Positions 18,118-26,600 of a stretch of DNA of 55,118 nt are shown piece by piece. Below the pieces are notes generated by a model. It made no database searches and had not been told where the DNA came from. It worked only from the letters and a program-made list of their open reading frames with translations. Location of the stretch: the IMG/VR virus record IMGVR_UViG_3300036925_000021, positions 1 through 55,118 of that record. One strand, given 5' to 3'. The position numbers were made by a program, and so were the translations under genes. Positions within the stretch are counted from its first letter, which is position 1. The number at the start of each line of letters is the position of its first letter. The stretch comes from a virus (Duplodnaviria; Caudoviricetes).

Positions 18118-18984
18118 ATGGGCAACGTCGCGATCCTGACGGAAGGCGAGCCCCGATGGGCCAGCCTGACAAGCGCTCGGAACCGCCTCGGCCTGGCCGT
18201 CGAGGCGACGACCGACGCCCTGCTCGATGAGCTGATCCTGGAGGTCTCTGGCGAGCTGGAGGGCCTTGTTTGCCGACCGCTGGGCCGGCACCGATATCGG
18301 GAGTCTGCTCCCGGCCGCGGCACCGTTCTTCTCTTCCTTTCCCGGGCGCCCATCGAGTCGCTCCTCAGCGTCGCCTTCGACGGCGAGGAGCTCGACCTGG
18401 CAGACGAGGCAATCGAAATCGACGGCCCCTCGACGATTCGCCGCCGCGCCGCCTGGCAGAACACGGCGCCGCTGAGCGACGAGGGCATTGTTCGCCGCCC
18501 CGTCGCCGGGCAGGAGCTTCCCCTCTACAGCGTCGAGTACTGGGCCGGCTACCTCATGCCCCCGCAGGTGGTTTCGTGGACCGCGGGGGCTGCGGTGACC
18601 GCTGGCGCCTGGGTGCGCCCCGCCAACCGCGGCAACCCCCTGCGCTTTGAAGCCGACGCGGCAGGGGCGACGGGGGACACCGAGCCCACCTGGCCCACCA
18701 GCGCCGGCGAATCGGTCGCCGACAACGGCATCACCTGGACGGCGTACGCCGCGAAGGAGCTGCCCGCCGGCCTCCGCCGGTTGGCGCTCCGGCTGATCGT
18801 CGACGCCTGGCACACCAGAAGCCGGGATCGCGGCTTGCGAAGAGTTGCCGAGATGGGGACGAGCCGCGAGTACCACAACCCGGGCGGGGCCGGCGGCGGC
18901 CGGACCGGCGGCTCCCCCTTCGATCTTGCCCCGCGCGAGGAGGAGATTCTCTGCTCCGAGGCCGCGCTGGTGGGGGCTGCCTGA
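18118..18984 (+). CDS. head-tail adaptor (gp6-like) with inserted CBM5/12-like module
   Basis: LTSARNRLGL..DALLDELI, VEYWAGY, ELPAGLRRLAL; insert W.AG...TEPTWPT..G..V.DNGITW. Confidence 0.72.
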   Translation: MGNVAILTEGEPRWASLTSARNRLGLAVEATTDALLDELILEVSGELEGLVCRPLGRHRYRESAPGRGTVLLFLSRAPIESLLSVAFDGEELDLADEAIEIDGPSTIRRRAAWQNTAPLSDEGIVRRPVAGQELPLYSVEYWAGYLMPPQVVSWTAGAAVTAGAWVRPANRGNPLRFEADAAGATGDTEPTWPTSAGESVADNGITWTAYAAKELPAGLRRLALRLIVDAWHTRSRDRGLRRVAEMGTSREYHNPGGAGGGRTGGSPFDLAPREEEILCSEAALVGAA

Positions 18985-19562
18985 TGCAGGATCTTGCCGA
19001 TACCGCGGTCGCGCAGCTCGACGAGCTCGGCGCCGAGGCGATCACCCTGCGCCGCGCTGTCGAGCTCACCGCGCCAGGAATCGCCTCCGTTCCGGAGCTC
19101 CAGCTTGGCACTGATGCCAGCGTCGGCGAAACCGCTTTGGAGCTGCAGCGCGGCGTCGGCGATCCCATGCCCCTAAGCGGCAAGCTGCCTGCCGGCCTTG
19201 CGCTTACCATCGGGGCGGAAATGGTTGTGCTGGCCGCCGCGGCCGAGGTGGAGGCCTCCCAGCTTGCCGTGCAGCTTGTCGGGGCGCTACAGGGCGCGCA
19301 TGTCGCCGGCGCGAGCGTCGACGTTCCGTCCAGCCTGGCAATCGACCTCCGGGCGCTTCGCATCGACGCCAGCCCGCACAGCCCAGGCGCGGACCTACTC
19401 CCCGCCGGGCAGTTCGCAGTTCGCCTCGCCCGCGTCCTTCTCCCCGCCGGCGTCGAGGTCGAGCCTGGGGACGTCATCGAGGCCGCCGACTGGAAGGGCT
19501 CCGTGACGCGCCAGCCGATCATTCGAGCCGGCCGCGTCCACCTGGTGGTGGAGGGCCTCTGA
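18984..19562 (+). CDS. probable head-closure protein
   Basis: synteny; VEPGDVI beta-barrel motif; TGATG coupling. Confidence 0.5.
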   Translation: MQDLADTAVAQLDELGAEAITLRRAVELTAPGIASVPELQLGTDASVGETALELQRGVGDPMPLSGKLPAGLALTIGAEMVVLAAAAEVEASQLAVQLVGALQGAHVAGASVDVPSSLAIDLRALRIDASPHSPGADLLPAGQFAVRLARVLLPAGVEVEPGDVIEAADWKGSVTRQPIIRAGRVHLVVEGL

Positions 19563-20104
19563 TGCCGCGCGCGAAAGAGATCTCGTGGGCGCAGCTCGGC
19601 GCGGAGCTGCGCCGCGTCGGCCGGGACCAGGTCCCGCGTCTGAGCACCGAGTTGATCGGCGGGATGGGCCGCCGCTGGTTCTTCAGGATCATCCGGCTTG
19701 CGCCCGTGGGGCGCCACAAGGCCTCCCGCCGGCGTGGCACCTCCCCGCACCCTGGCAAGTTCCGCGCCTCGGTGCGCGCCGGCGCCGGCCGCCCGAAGTG
19801 GGCGCGCCTCCCGGACAGCCCGACGTACGGGGTTCCGGGCGCCGGCGACATCGAGCCGGAGCTGGCGCGGCTGAAGCCGGGACAGACCTTCCATCTCACC
19901 GACGATGCCAAAACGGACCGCGCGAAGCGAGGCTATGCGGACGTCCTCGAGCGGGGGCGCCACACCGACTCTCGCGGCCGGCCGGCGGGCAGCAAGCAGG
20001 CGCCAAAGGGCGTCTTCGCGCCGGCGATGCTCGAAATGCTGGGTACGCGCAAGCAAATCATCGCAAGCGCGCTTGCCGCGACCCTGCAGAAGGAGCCGCT
20101 GTGA
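19562..20104 (+). CDS. HK97 gp10-like neck/tail completion protein
   Basis: basic; APV..GKFRAS, YADVLERG, GSKQAPKG. Confidence 0.7.
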   Translation: MPRAKEISWAQLGAELRRVGRDQVPRLSTELIGGMGRRWFFRIIRLAPVGRHKASRRRGTSPHPGKFRASVRAGAGRPKWARLPDSPTYGVPGAGDIEPELARLKPGQTFHLTDDAKTDRAKRGYADVLERGRHTDSRGRPAGSKQAPKGVFAPAMLEMLGTRKQIIASALAATLQKEPL

Positions 20105-20562
20105 CAACGACCGCCACGACCGTCCAGGCGCGCATCGAGGAGATTCTGCTGGGCTGGGCTCCGACGACGCTGCCGAGCGCCGCCTGGCAGGGCATTTTCG
20201 GCCCCAATTCGGAGCCCAGCAAACCCACGCCCACCGGCGACCGAGCCGAGCCCGCCATGTTCGCGTCCTGGCTGATCGAGACCCCGAACGTTCCCGCCGG
20301 CGGCGGCCCGGTTCGTAGCGATCTTGCCGTGGCGCTCTACGTCGAGATGGGCGTCGGTGCCACTCACTACACCGCCGCCTACCAGGACCTCCTCGCAACC
20401 TTCGTCGCCGCCAACGATGGCACCGACGACGGCCTGGTCTTCCTGGTCGGCACCGGCGACGACGAGGATCTTGGTTGCGAGGCCAGCCTACAGGTCTTTG
20501 GGCCGCGCTACGGGTGGTGGTGCGCCATGGCCACGATCCCTTTCTACCGAGGAGGAGCTTGA
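20101..20562 (+). CDS. probable tail terminator protein
   Basis: acidic, about 150 aa, between the gp10-like and tail tube genes. Confidence 0.55.
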   Translation: MTTTATTVQARIEEILLGWAPTTLPSAAWQGIFGPNSEPSKPTPTGDRAEPAMFASWLIETPNVPAGGGPVRSDLAVALYVEMGVGATHYTAAYQDLLATFVAANDGTDDGLVFLVGTGDDEDLGCEASLQVFGPRYGWWCAMATIPFYRGGA

Positions 20563-20563
20563 G

Positions 20564-20920
20564 ATGCGAGGAACCCTGATGAGAGGGCTAGGCCCTCACC
20601 CCGAAGGGCAGACCGTCACCAACGATCGGGGCGACGTCGAGCCTGGCGTTACGTTCCTGGATCCAATCCGGTTCGAGATCACGACCCGGGATGGCGGCCT
20701 CGCGATCGTCAACGAAGACCTTCTTGCCGACGTCGAGGGCGTGGGGGGCGCCACCCTGGGAAAGCTTACGGAGGCCGGCCTTCGCACGGTTCAGCAGCTC
20801 CAGGAGGCCGGCCCGGACGTCATCGGGGCGCTGGGCATCACCGGTCGCCCCGCGGCGGCCTTACAGGCCGCCCTTCAAGCCTTGAGCAGCGAACCGGAGG
20901 AGGTGCGCGATGGCGAGTAG
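20564..20920 (+). CDS. small HhH-domain protein
   Basis: VEGVGGATLGKLTEAGLRTVQQL...ALGITGRPAA; paralogous to the C-terminus of 17450-18040. Confidence 0.7.
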   Translation: MRGTLMRGLGPHPEGQTVTNDRGDVEPGVTFLDPIRFEITTRDGGLAIVNEDLLADVEGVGGATLGKLTEAGLRTVQQLQEAGPDVIGALGITGRPAAALQAALQALSSEPEEVRDGE

Positions 20921-21695
20921 CAAGCGGGTTCTCCACAACCTCCTTTTCCACTTCGGCGGCTACCGCATTTCGCGGGAGGCCAACCGGCTCCTCTACACGC
21001 CGCAGCGCTCCGAGCAGGACGTGTCCGGCTTCGAGGATGAAACCGACCAGACCGCCAAGGGTACGCATGCCAACAAGGTGGAGATCGCGGGCGTCCCCAC
21101 CGGCGAGCTGGAGCTGGAGCTGTTCACGCAGCTGCTGGCCAGCGCGGATCGCTCCCTGACGGCGTGCCTGCGCAGTGGCTCGGCCAAGGGCGCCGCGCCG
21201 GTCGGCTCCGAAACGCTGACGCTTCTGGTGGATGTCTCCGGCGCGCCGGTCGGCGGCGATCGCAACACCCCCGGCAGCTTCACCGCGAGCCTCTTCACCA
21301 ACTACCAGATGTACTACGGCGCCCTTCTCTACAACGACGTGGGCGGCGCCGGCACCACGGCCGCGGGCGCCAAGGCCGGCTACGCGGCCGGCGCGCTAGG
21401 GGCGGGCCAAGTTCTCGCCTGGGACATCGCCGTCCTGGAGCCGCCAGGCATTGGCGGCACCGGCGGCCCCCAGGCCACGATCACCCTGGAGAGCGACGTG
21501 GACAACACGTGGGCCGCGCCGGCGACGCGCCTCTCCGCGAGTGTCTTTGCGGCTCCCGGCAGCCAGCTTCTCACCCTCGACGGCGACACCGACCCCGTCA
21601 CCGACACCTGGTGGCGGATCAACGTCACGGGGCTGACCGGCACGGATCCGGTCGTCTACCTCCTGGCGTCGCTGACGATCACCACCAAGATCTAA
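20910..21695 (+). CDS. tail tube-like protein 1 with C-terminal extra domain
   Basis: shares MAS.KRV, TDQ..KGTH..KV and P.GGDRN with the next gene. Confidence 0.65.
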   Translation: MASSKRVLHNLLFHFGGYRISREANRLLYTPQRSEQDVSGFEDETDQTAKGTHANKVEIAGVPTGELELELFTQLLASADRSLTACLRSGSAKGAAPVGSETLTLLVDVSGAPVGGDRNTPGSFTASLFTNYQMYYGALLYNDVGGAGTTAAGAKAGYAAGALGAGQVLAWDIAVLEPPGIGGTGGPQATITLESDVDNTWAAPATRLSASVFAAPGSQLLTLDGDTDPVTDTWWRINVTGLTGTDPVVYLLASLTITTKI

Positions 21696-21710
21696 AGAAA
21701 GGGGACCACC

Positions 21711-22172
21711 ATGGCAAGCACGAAGCGCGTCTTCATCGGGCGCACCCTCACCTACGATCCCGACAGCGCCGCCGAGGACTGGAGCGACTACGTCAAGAGC
21801 GTGCGCATCGAGGTCGCGCGCGCGGAGCACGACACCTCGGTCGACGCTACGACGACGGACCAGATGCAGAAGGGCACCCACAACCACAAGGTGAGCATCA
21901 CCTTCGTCTTCCCCGCCGACGATGCGCTCCTGCGCGCGAAGCTCCTCGCGGCCTACAACGCCGACGCCGACGTCCGCTTCTACAGCAAGCAGGCGGCGGG
22001 AGCGATCGCCCCGGGCAACCTGGAGTACCGCTTCGACGCGGTCGTCTCCAACCCGGGGCCGATCGGCGGCGACCGCAACGCGGTCGACGAGCAGCAGGTG
22101 ACGTGGCCGGTCAACGCTTTGGCCATCAACGACGGCACCACCGTGACGCCCCTGGGCGACGCGCTGCCGTAG
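21711..22172 (+). CDS. major tail tube protein
   Basis: 153 aa; WSDYVKSV, NLEYRFDAVV, VTWPV; precedes the chaperone. Confidence 0.75.
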   Translation: MASTKRVFIGRTLTYDPDSAAEDWSDYVKSVRIEVARAEHDTSVDATTTDQMQKGTHNHKVSITFVFPADDALLRAKLLAAYNADADVRFYSKQAAGAIAPGNLEYRFDAVVSNPGPIGGDRNAVDEQQVTWPVNALAINDGTTVTPLGDALP

Positions 22173-22301
22173 CTTCGAACCAACAGCATGAGTTGTGGGG
22201 GCGCCGCCGGACGGCACGGACCGGCTCCCCAGCCCCCACCCTGCTGCGCGGCCTGGGCGCCCGGCGGCGGCTGTGCGGCACCTACGACAAAGGAGGCATC
22301 C

Positions 22302-23042
22302 GTGAAGCTGAGCAAACTTGGTCATGCGCTACCCACCATTCGCGACTCGCGCACCGCGCTTTCGCCCTGGCAGGGCGTCGAGGTGGAGCTGCCCGATGGC
22401 AGCCAAACCAACGTCGACCTCTTCGAGGGCGGCCTGAACTTCTCCCTGGTGATCTACCGCCAGGGCCGCTACGTCGACGCCAAGCAGCCGTTCATCGAGT
22501 TCCTGAAGGAGGCTCAGGGGGGCAGCCCATTCGCAAAGGCGATCCTCAAGGCCAGCCTGAAGTTCGGCGCCGCGGCCTCCGGGCAGCGCCGCCGGCGCGG
22601 TGTCGGTCGCGCGGCCAACAACCGGATGATCGACGACGTCCTGGACCAGACCGATCTCTCCGGGGTGACCGAGACCGACGAGCTCGCCAAGATCAAGCCG
22701 GGCGTGGCCAAGTACCTGATGGGCCAGATGCACGACGTGCTCGACGCCGACAACAACCCGGTGCCCGACAGCGAGGAGGGGCGGATGAGCTTGCTCCGCA
22801 ACCCGGTGGCGCCGGACGGCACGTTCGCCTGGCTTCCCCGCGAGGTCTGCGTCACCGTCGCCGGCTTCGGCGAGATCAAGGTCGACGTCCCCTACGGCGA
22901 CAGGCCGGTCGGCGATGCCATCACGGCCTGGATTCTCGACGAGGCGGAGTCCAGCGAGGACTTCCTGGCGGAGGCTGTGGCCGAGGCCGGCGACGCTTTA
23001 GCCGCTTCGCCCGATTCCGGTTCGGGCGCTACGGAGAGCTGA
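22302..23042 (+). CDS. tail assembly chaperone (G)
   Basis: AAAGGAGG RBS plus GTG; lies between tail tube and tape measure genes. Confidence 0.7.
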   Translation: MKLSKLGHALPTIRDSRTALSPWQGVEVELPDGSQTNVDLFEGGLNFSLVIYRQGRYVDAKQPFIEFLKEAQGGSPFAKAILKASLKFGAAASGQRRRRGVGRAANNRMIDDVLDQTDLSGVTETDELAKIKPGVAKYLMGQMHDVLDADNNPVPDSEEGRMSLLRNPVAPDGTFAWLPREVCVTVAGFGEIKVDVPYGDRPVGDAITAWILDEAESSEDFLAEAVAEAGDALAASPDSGSGATES

Positions 23043-23608
23043 AAACCGATGACCGGAGAGGGTACCTGGCGCGGCTGGAGCAGCTGGAGTGCACGCACTT
23101 CCGCTGCGGCGCCTGCGGTCACGCCTGGTGCCCTCAGTATCTTGAAGGCCCCTGCCCCTCGTGCGGCGCTGAGCATGAGTCGCACGAGAACACGGGCTGC
23201 CGCATCCCCTGGACACCGGACCGGTGCCCGTGGTGCGAGCGGCTCGCCACCCGCCCCGGCTTTTGCCTCACCTGCCGGCGCGCGTGGGAGCCGCTGCGCT
23301 GCTCGAAGTGCGGAAGGGCGGGGCGCGAGCGGCGGCTCGACGATTGGTTCGAGCAGCCGGACGGGCTGCCGATCCCTCTGGTTTCGGAGTTGGCCAGCGT
23401 CGTGCTCATCGCGCTCGAAGTCGAGGGCAGCCTGGGAAAGGACTTCTCGGGTGGAACGCTGTACAGCGAAATCGTGGCATGGTTCGAGGACCATTGTGTC
23501 GAGCCGGCCGAGAGGGTGATGTGGCGCTACTTTTTCGGCCTGATCGCCGATGAGCGCGCCGCGGCCTCCGCCGCCCGGCTAGAGCGGGCGACGGAAGAAG
23601 GGGACTGA
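22997..23608 (+). CDS. -1 frame extension of the chaperone (GT), rich in CxxC motifs
   Basis: open -1 frame with no own RBS/start, ending 3 nt before the tape measure gene; candidate slip T-TTA at 22997-23000. Confidence 0.6.
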   Translation, partial: FSRFARFRFGRYGELKTDDRRGYLARLEQLECTHFRCGACGHAWCPQYLEGPCPSCGAEHESHENTGCRIPWTPDRCPWCERLATRPGFCLTCRRAWEPLRCSKCGRAGRERRLDDWFEQPDGLPIPLVSELASVVLIALEVEGSLGKDFSGGTLYSEIVAWFEDHCVEPAERVMWRYFFGLIADERAAASAARLERATEEGD

Positions 23609-23611
23609 TCG

Positions 23612-26600
23612 TTGCAGCAGGAGCTTGCGGTCCACGCCACCCTGCGGGCGCAGGGGTTTACCGCTGGCGCGAAGCAGATCCAGCGCGACAGCGGTGGCGT
23701 AGACCGCGCCTCCAAGAAGGCCGCCAAAAGCGTCGGGTTGATGGGCACAGCGCTGAAGCGCCTTGTCCAGCTCGCCGCCGCTGGCGGCCTTGCTGTTCTC
23801 ATCTCGCAGGCGGTCCAGCTCGGGACCCACTTCGACACCTCCCTTACCCGGATCAACACCCTGGTGGGTGTCGCCAGGGAGCAGGTCACCGGCTGGCGCG
23901 GGGAGCTGCTGCAGCTGGCCGGCGAGGTCGGCCGCGGCCCCACCGAGCTGGCCGACGCTCTCTACGTCGTCACCTCCGCCGGCCAGCGCGGTGCCGAGGC
24001 CCTCCAGATCGTCGAGCAGGCCGGCAAGGCTGCAGCGATTGGCCTGGGGGAGACCCGGGAGATCGCCCGGGCGGTGACGGCCGCGATGAACGCGTACGGC
24101 AAGGAGGTGCTGTCCGCCTCCAATGCCACTGACGTCTTGGTGGCCACCGTTCGCGAGGGCAACCTGGAGGCTTCCGATCTGGCGCCCGTGCTGGGCCGCA
24201 TCGTCGGGCTCGCCTCCCAGCTCGGCATCAGCTTCCAGGAGGTCGGCGGCTTCATCGCCACCTTCACCCGGCTGGGTGTCCGCGCCGACGAGGCCGTGAC
24301 TGCTTTGCGCGGCACGATGAGCAGTTTGCTCGGGCCGACCAAGGCGCAGGAGGACGCCCTTGGCCAGGTCAGCATGTCCATGGCCGACCTGAAGGCGCAG
24401 ATCCGGGAGAAGGGCCTGGCCCGCACCCTCGTGGACCTGGTGGCCGCCTTCAAGGGCAACGAGGACGCCCTGGCGGCGATCATCCCCAACGTTCGGGCTC
24501 TCTCCGGCATTCTCGGCACCGCCGGCTCCCAGGGGGAAGAGTTCATCGCCATCGAGCGCTCCATCGCCGACGCCATGGGCTCGATCACCGAGGAGGCCTT
24601 TGCCCTCACCCAGGCGGACCCCGCGCAAGTCTTTGCGCGGATGCGGGCGGAGATCGAAACCGCCAAGATCAAGATCACCGAGGGCCTTCTGCCGGTCCTC
24701 GCTGACGCGGCCAGGGGCGTCCAGGCCTGGGTTCAGGACAACGAGGATCTCATCGCGGGCCTGGGGCAACTGCTCGGGGTGCTTGGCCACCTTGTCGGCG
24801 CCCTGCTCTCGGTGAGGGAGCTGGTCTACGCCATCATCGCGATGGCCTTTGCGCGCTGGCTGCTGGCGGTCGCCGCAGCCTCGCAGGTCTCCGCCCTGGC
24901 CACCCTGGACCTGGCCGGTGCCCTCGCCGCGACGCGCGCCGGCTACGGCAAGCTCGTCGCTCTGAACATCGCGAGCCAGTTCCAGGCCTGGGCCGCCGCA
25001 ACCGGCGCGCTCAACCTCGCCCTTTCAGTGGGCCTTGTGGGCGCCATCGTTGCGGTCGGCGTCGCCCTCAACCACCTGATCAAGAAGTGGGGGGAGGCGA
25101 GCGAGGCGGCGATGCGCTACGAGCGACAGGCCTCCGAGGTCCTCGGCGTCATCGGGCAACTCCAGCACGCCAGGCTCACGAAGACCCCTGTCGATCCGGC
25201 CCTTTGGGTTGAGGCTACAAATCGCGTACACGCGCTCAGTACCGAGCTCCAGGCGGCGCAGAAGAAGCTGGACGGCCTCAGGGCTGGGCCGCGGGTGGAG
25301 GGCTCTGGCTCGCTCATCTCGGACGCGCAGGCGAGAGTCGAGGACCTGGATCGTCGCCTCGGTCTGCTCCGCAAGACCATGACGCAGCTTCGCCAGGCGG
25401 GGCTGAAGCCGACCTTCGAAGAGCTGCAGAAGTGGGCCAACCGGGCGGCTGGGGGGGGCGGTAGCGGCGGCGGCGCCGGCGGGGTTGCTGGCCTGACAAA
25501 GCGCCTGGAGGAGTTGAAGGCGATCACGGAGCGCTACGGCAGCTCGGTCGAGGATCTCGACGAGATGCGCCAGCACACCAGGGCGCTTGAGCAGGCCTTC
25601 GTGGGGTGGCGGGACGTTCTCGTCGAGATCCCGGGCGAGGGGCAGCGAATCGTCCAGGCCTTCGACGACCTGGACCTCGACATCATCGCGAAGGCCGTCG
25701 AGCTGGGCCTCGACCCGGTGAAGGCTTTGACGGGCGAGGTCGACGAGCTTGGCGTCTCCGTTCGGTCCGTCGTGCTCGACGCGATCCAGCTCGAGCGGGA
25801 GCTGGAGTCGATGGGGAAGGACTACGAGATCTCGATCACCCTGACCGAGACCGTAGCTGGCCAGCGCGCCCCCGACCGCCTGGAGGTTCCCTCCCTCACC
25901 TTCCCCGTCACCTTCGACCTGTCCCAGGAGGAGCTGGACGCGCTGACGGCGCAGTACCGGGACCACGTGCAAAAGCAGAACTGGAAATCGATCTACACGT
26001 CGATGGCGAACGGGCTGCAGGATTCCCTGGGGCGCGCCTTCGAGTCGATCTTCACGAAGGGCATGGTGGGCTTCCGGGACTTCTTCAAGGATATCTCCCG
26101 CCTGGGCCTCAACATCATGTCGCAGTATCTGGCGGCCGAGCTTTCCAACATGCTTCAGCGGCAGATGGCGCAAGCCGGCAGCCTCCAGGCGTTCCTCGGG
26201 ACGGGCGTTGGCGGCCTGGCGACCCTCGGAATCGTCGGGGCAACCGTCGCGGGCGCCAACAACCAGGGCTACGCCGCCCTCGGCGCCGCCCTCGGCGCCG
26301 CGATCGGCACCTGGGTGTTTCCCGCTCTGGGGACGGAGCTGGGCGCGATTGTGGGGGCCTGGCTCGGCTCCATGGTCAAGCGCGGCAGCCCGGAGTTCTT
26401 CGGCCAGGTCGAGGCCGAGATGGGAAAGATCAAGATCACCACCTCGAACCTCGGCGGCGGATCGGCCAAGGTGGGCAACGCCCTGCTCGACCCGCTGACC
26501 AAGCTTCTCGACGACGTCCTGGACAACCTCGGCGCGGAGCTGCTCAATCTCGCCGGCGGCATCGACCTCCGGATGAAGGAGGACTGGGCCGTCGTCTTCG

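Noticed and set aside
18051-18230. Small ORF MDQREKGRSPVDRMIRRPP
   Set aside because: Overlaps the adaptor gene by over 100 nt with no clear RBS; only the first 21 codons look plausible
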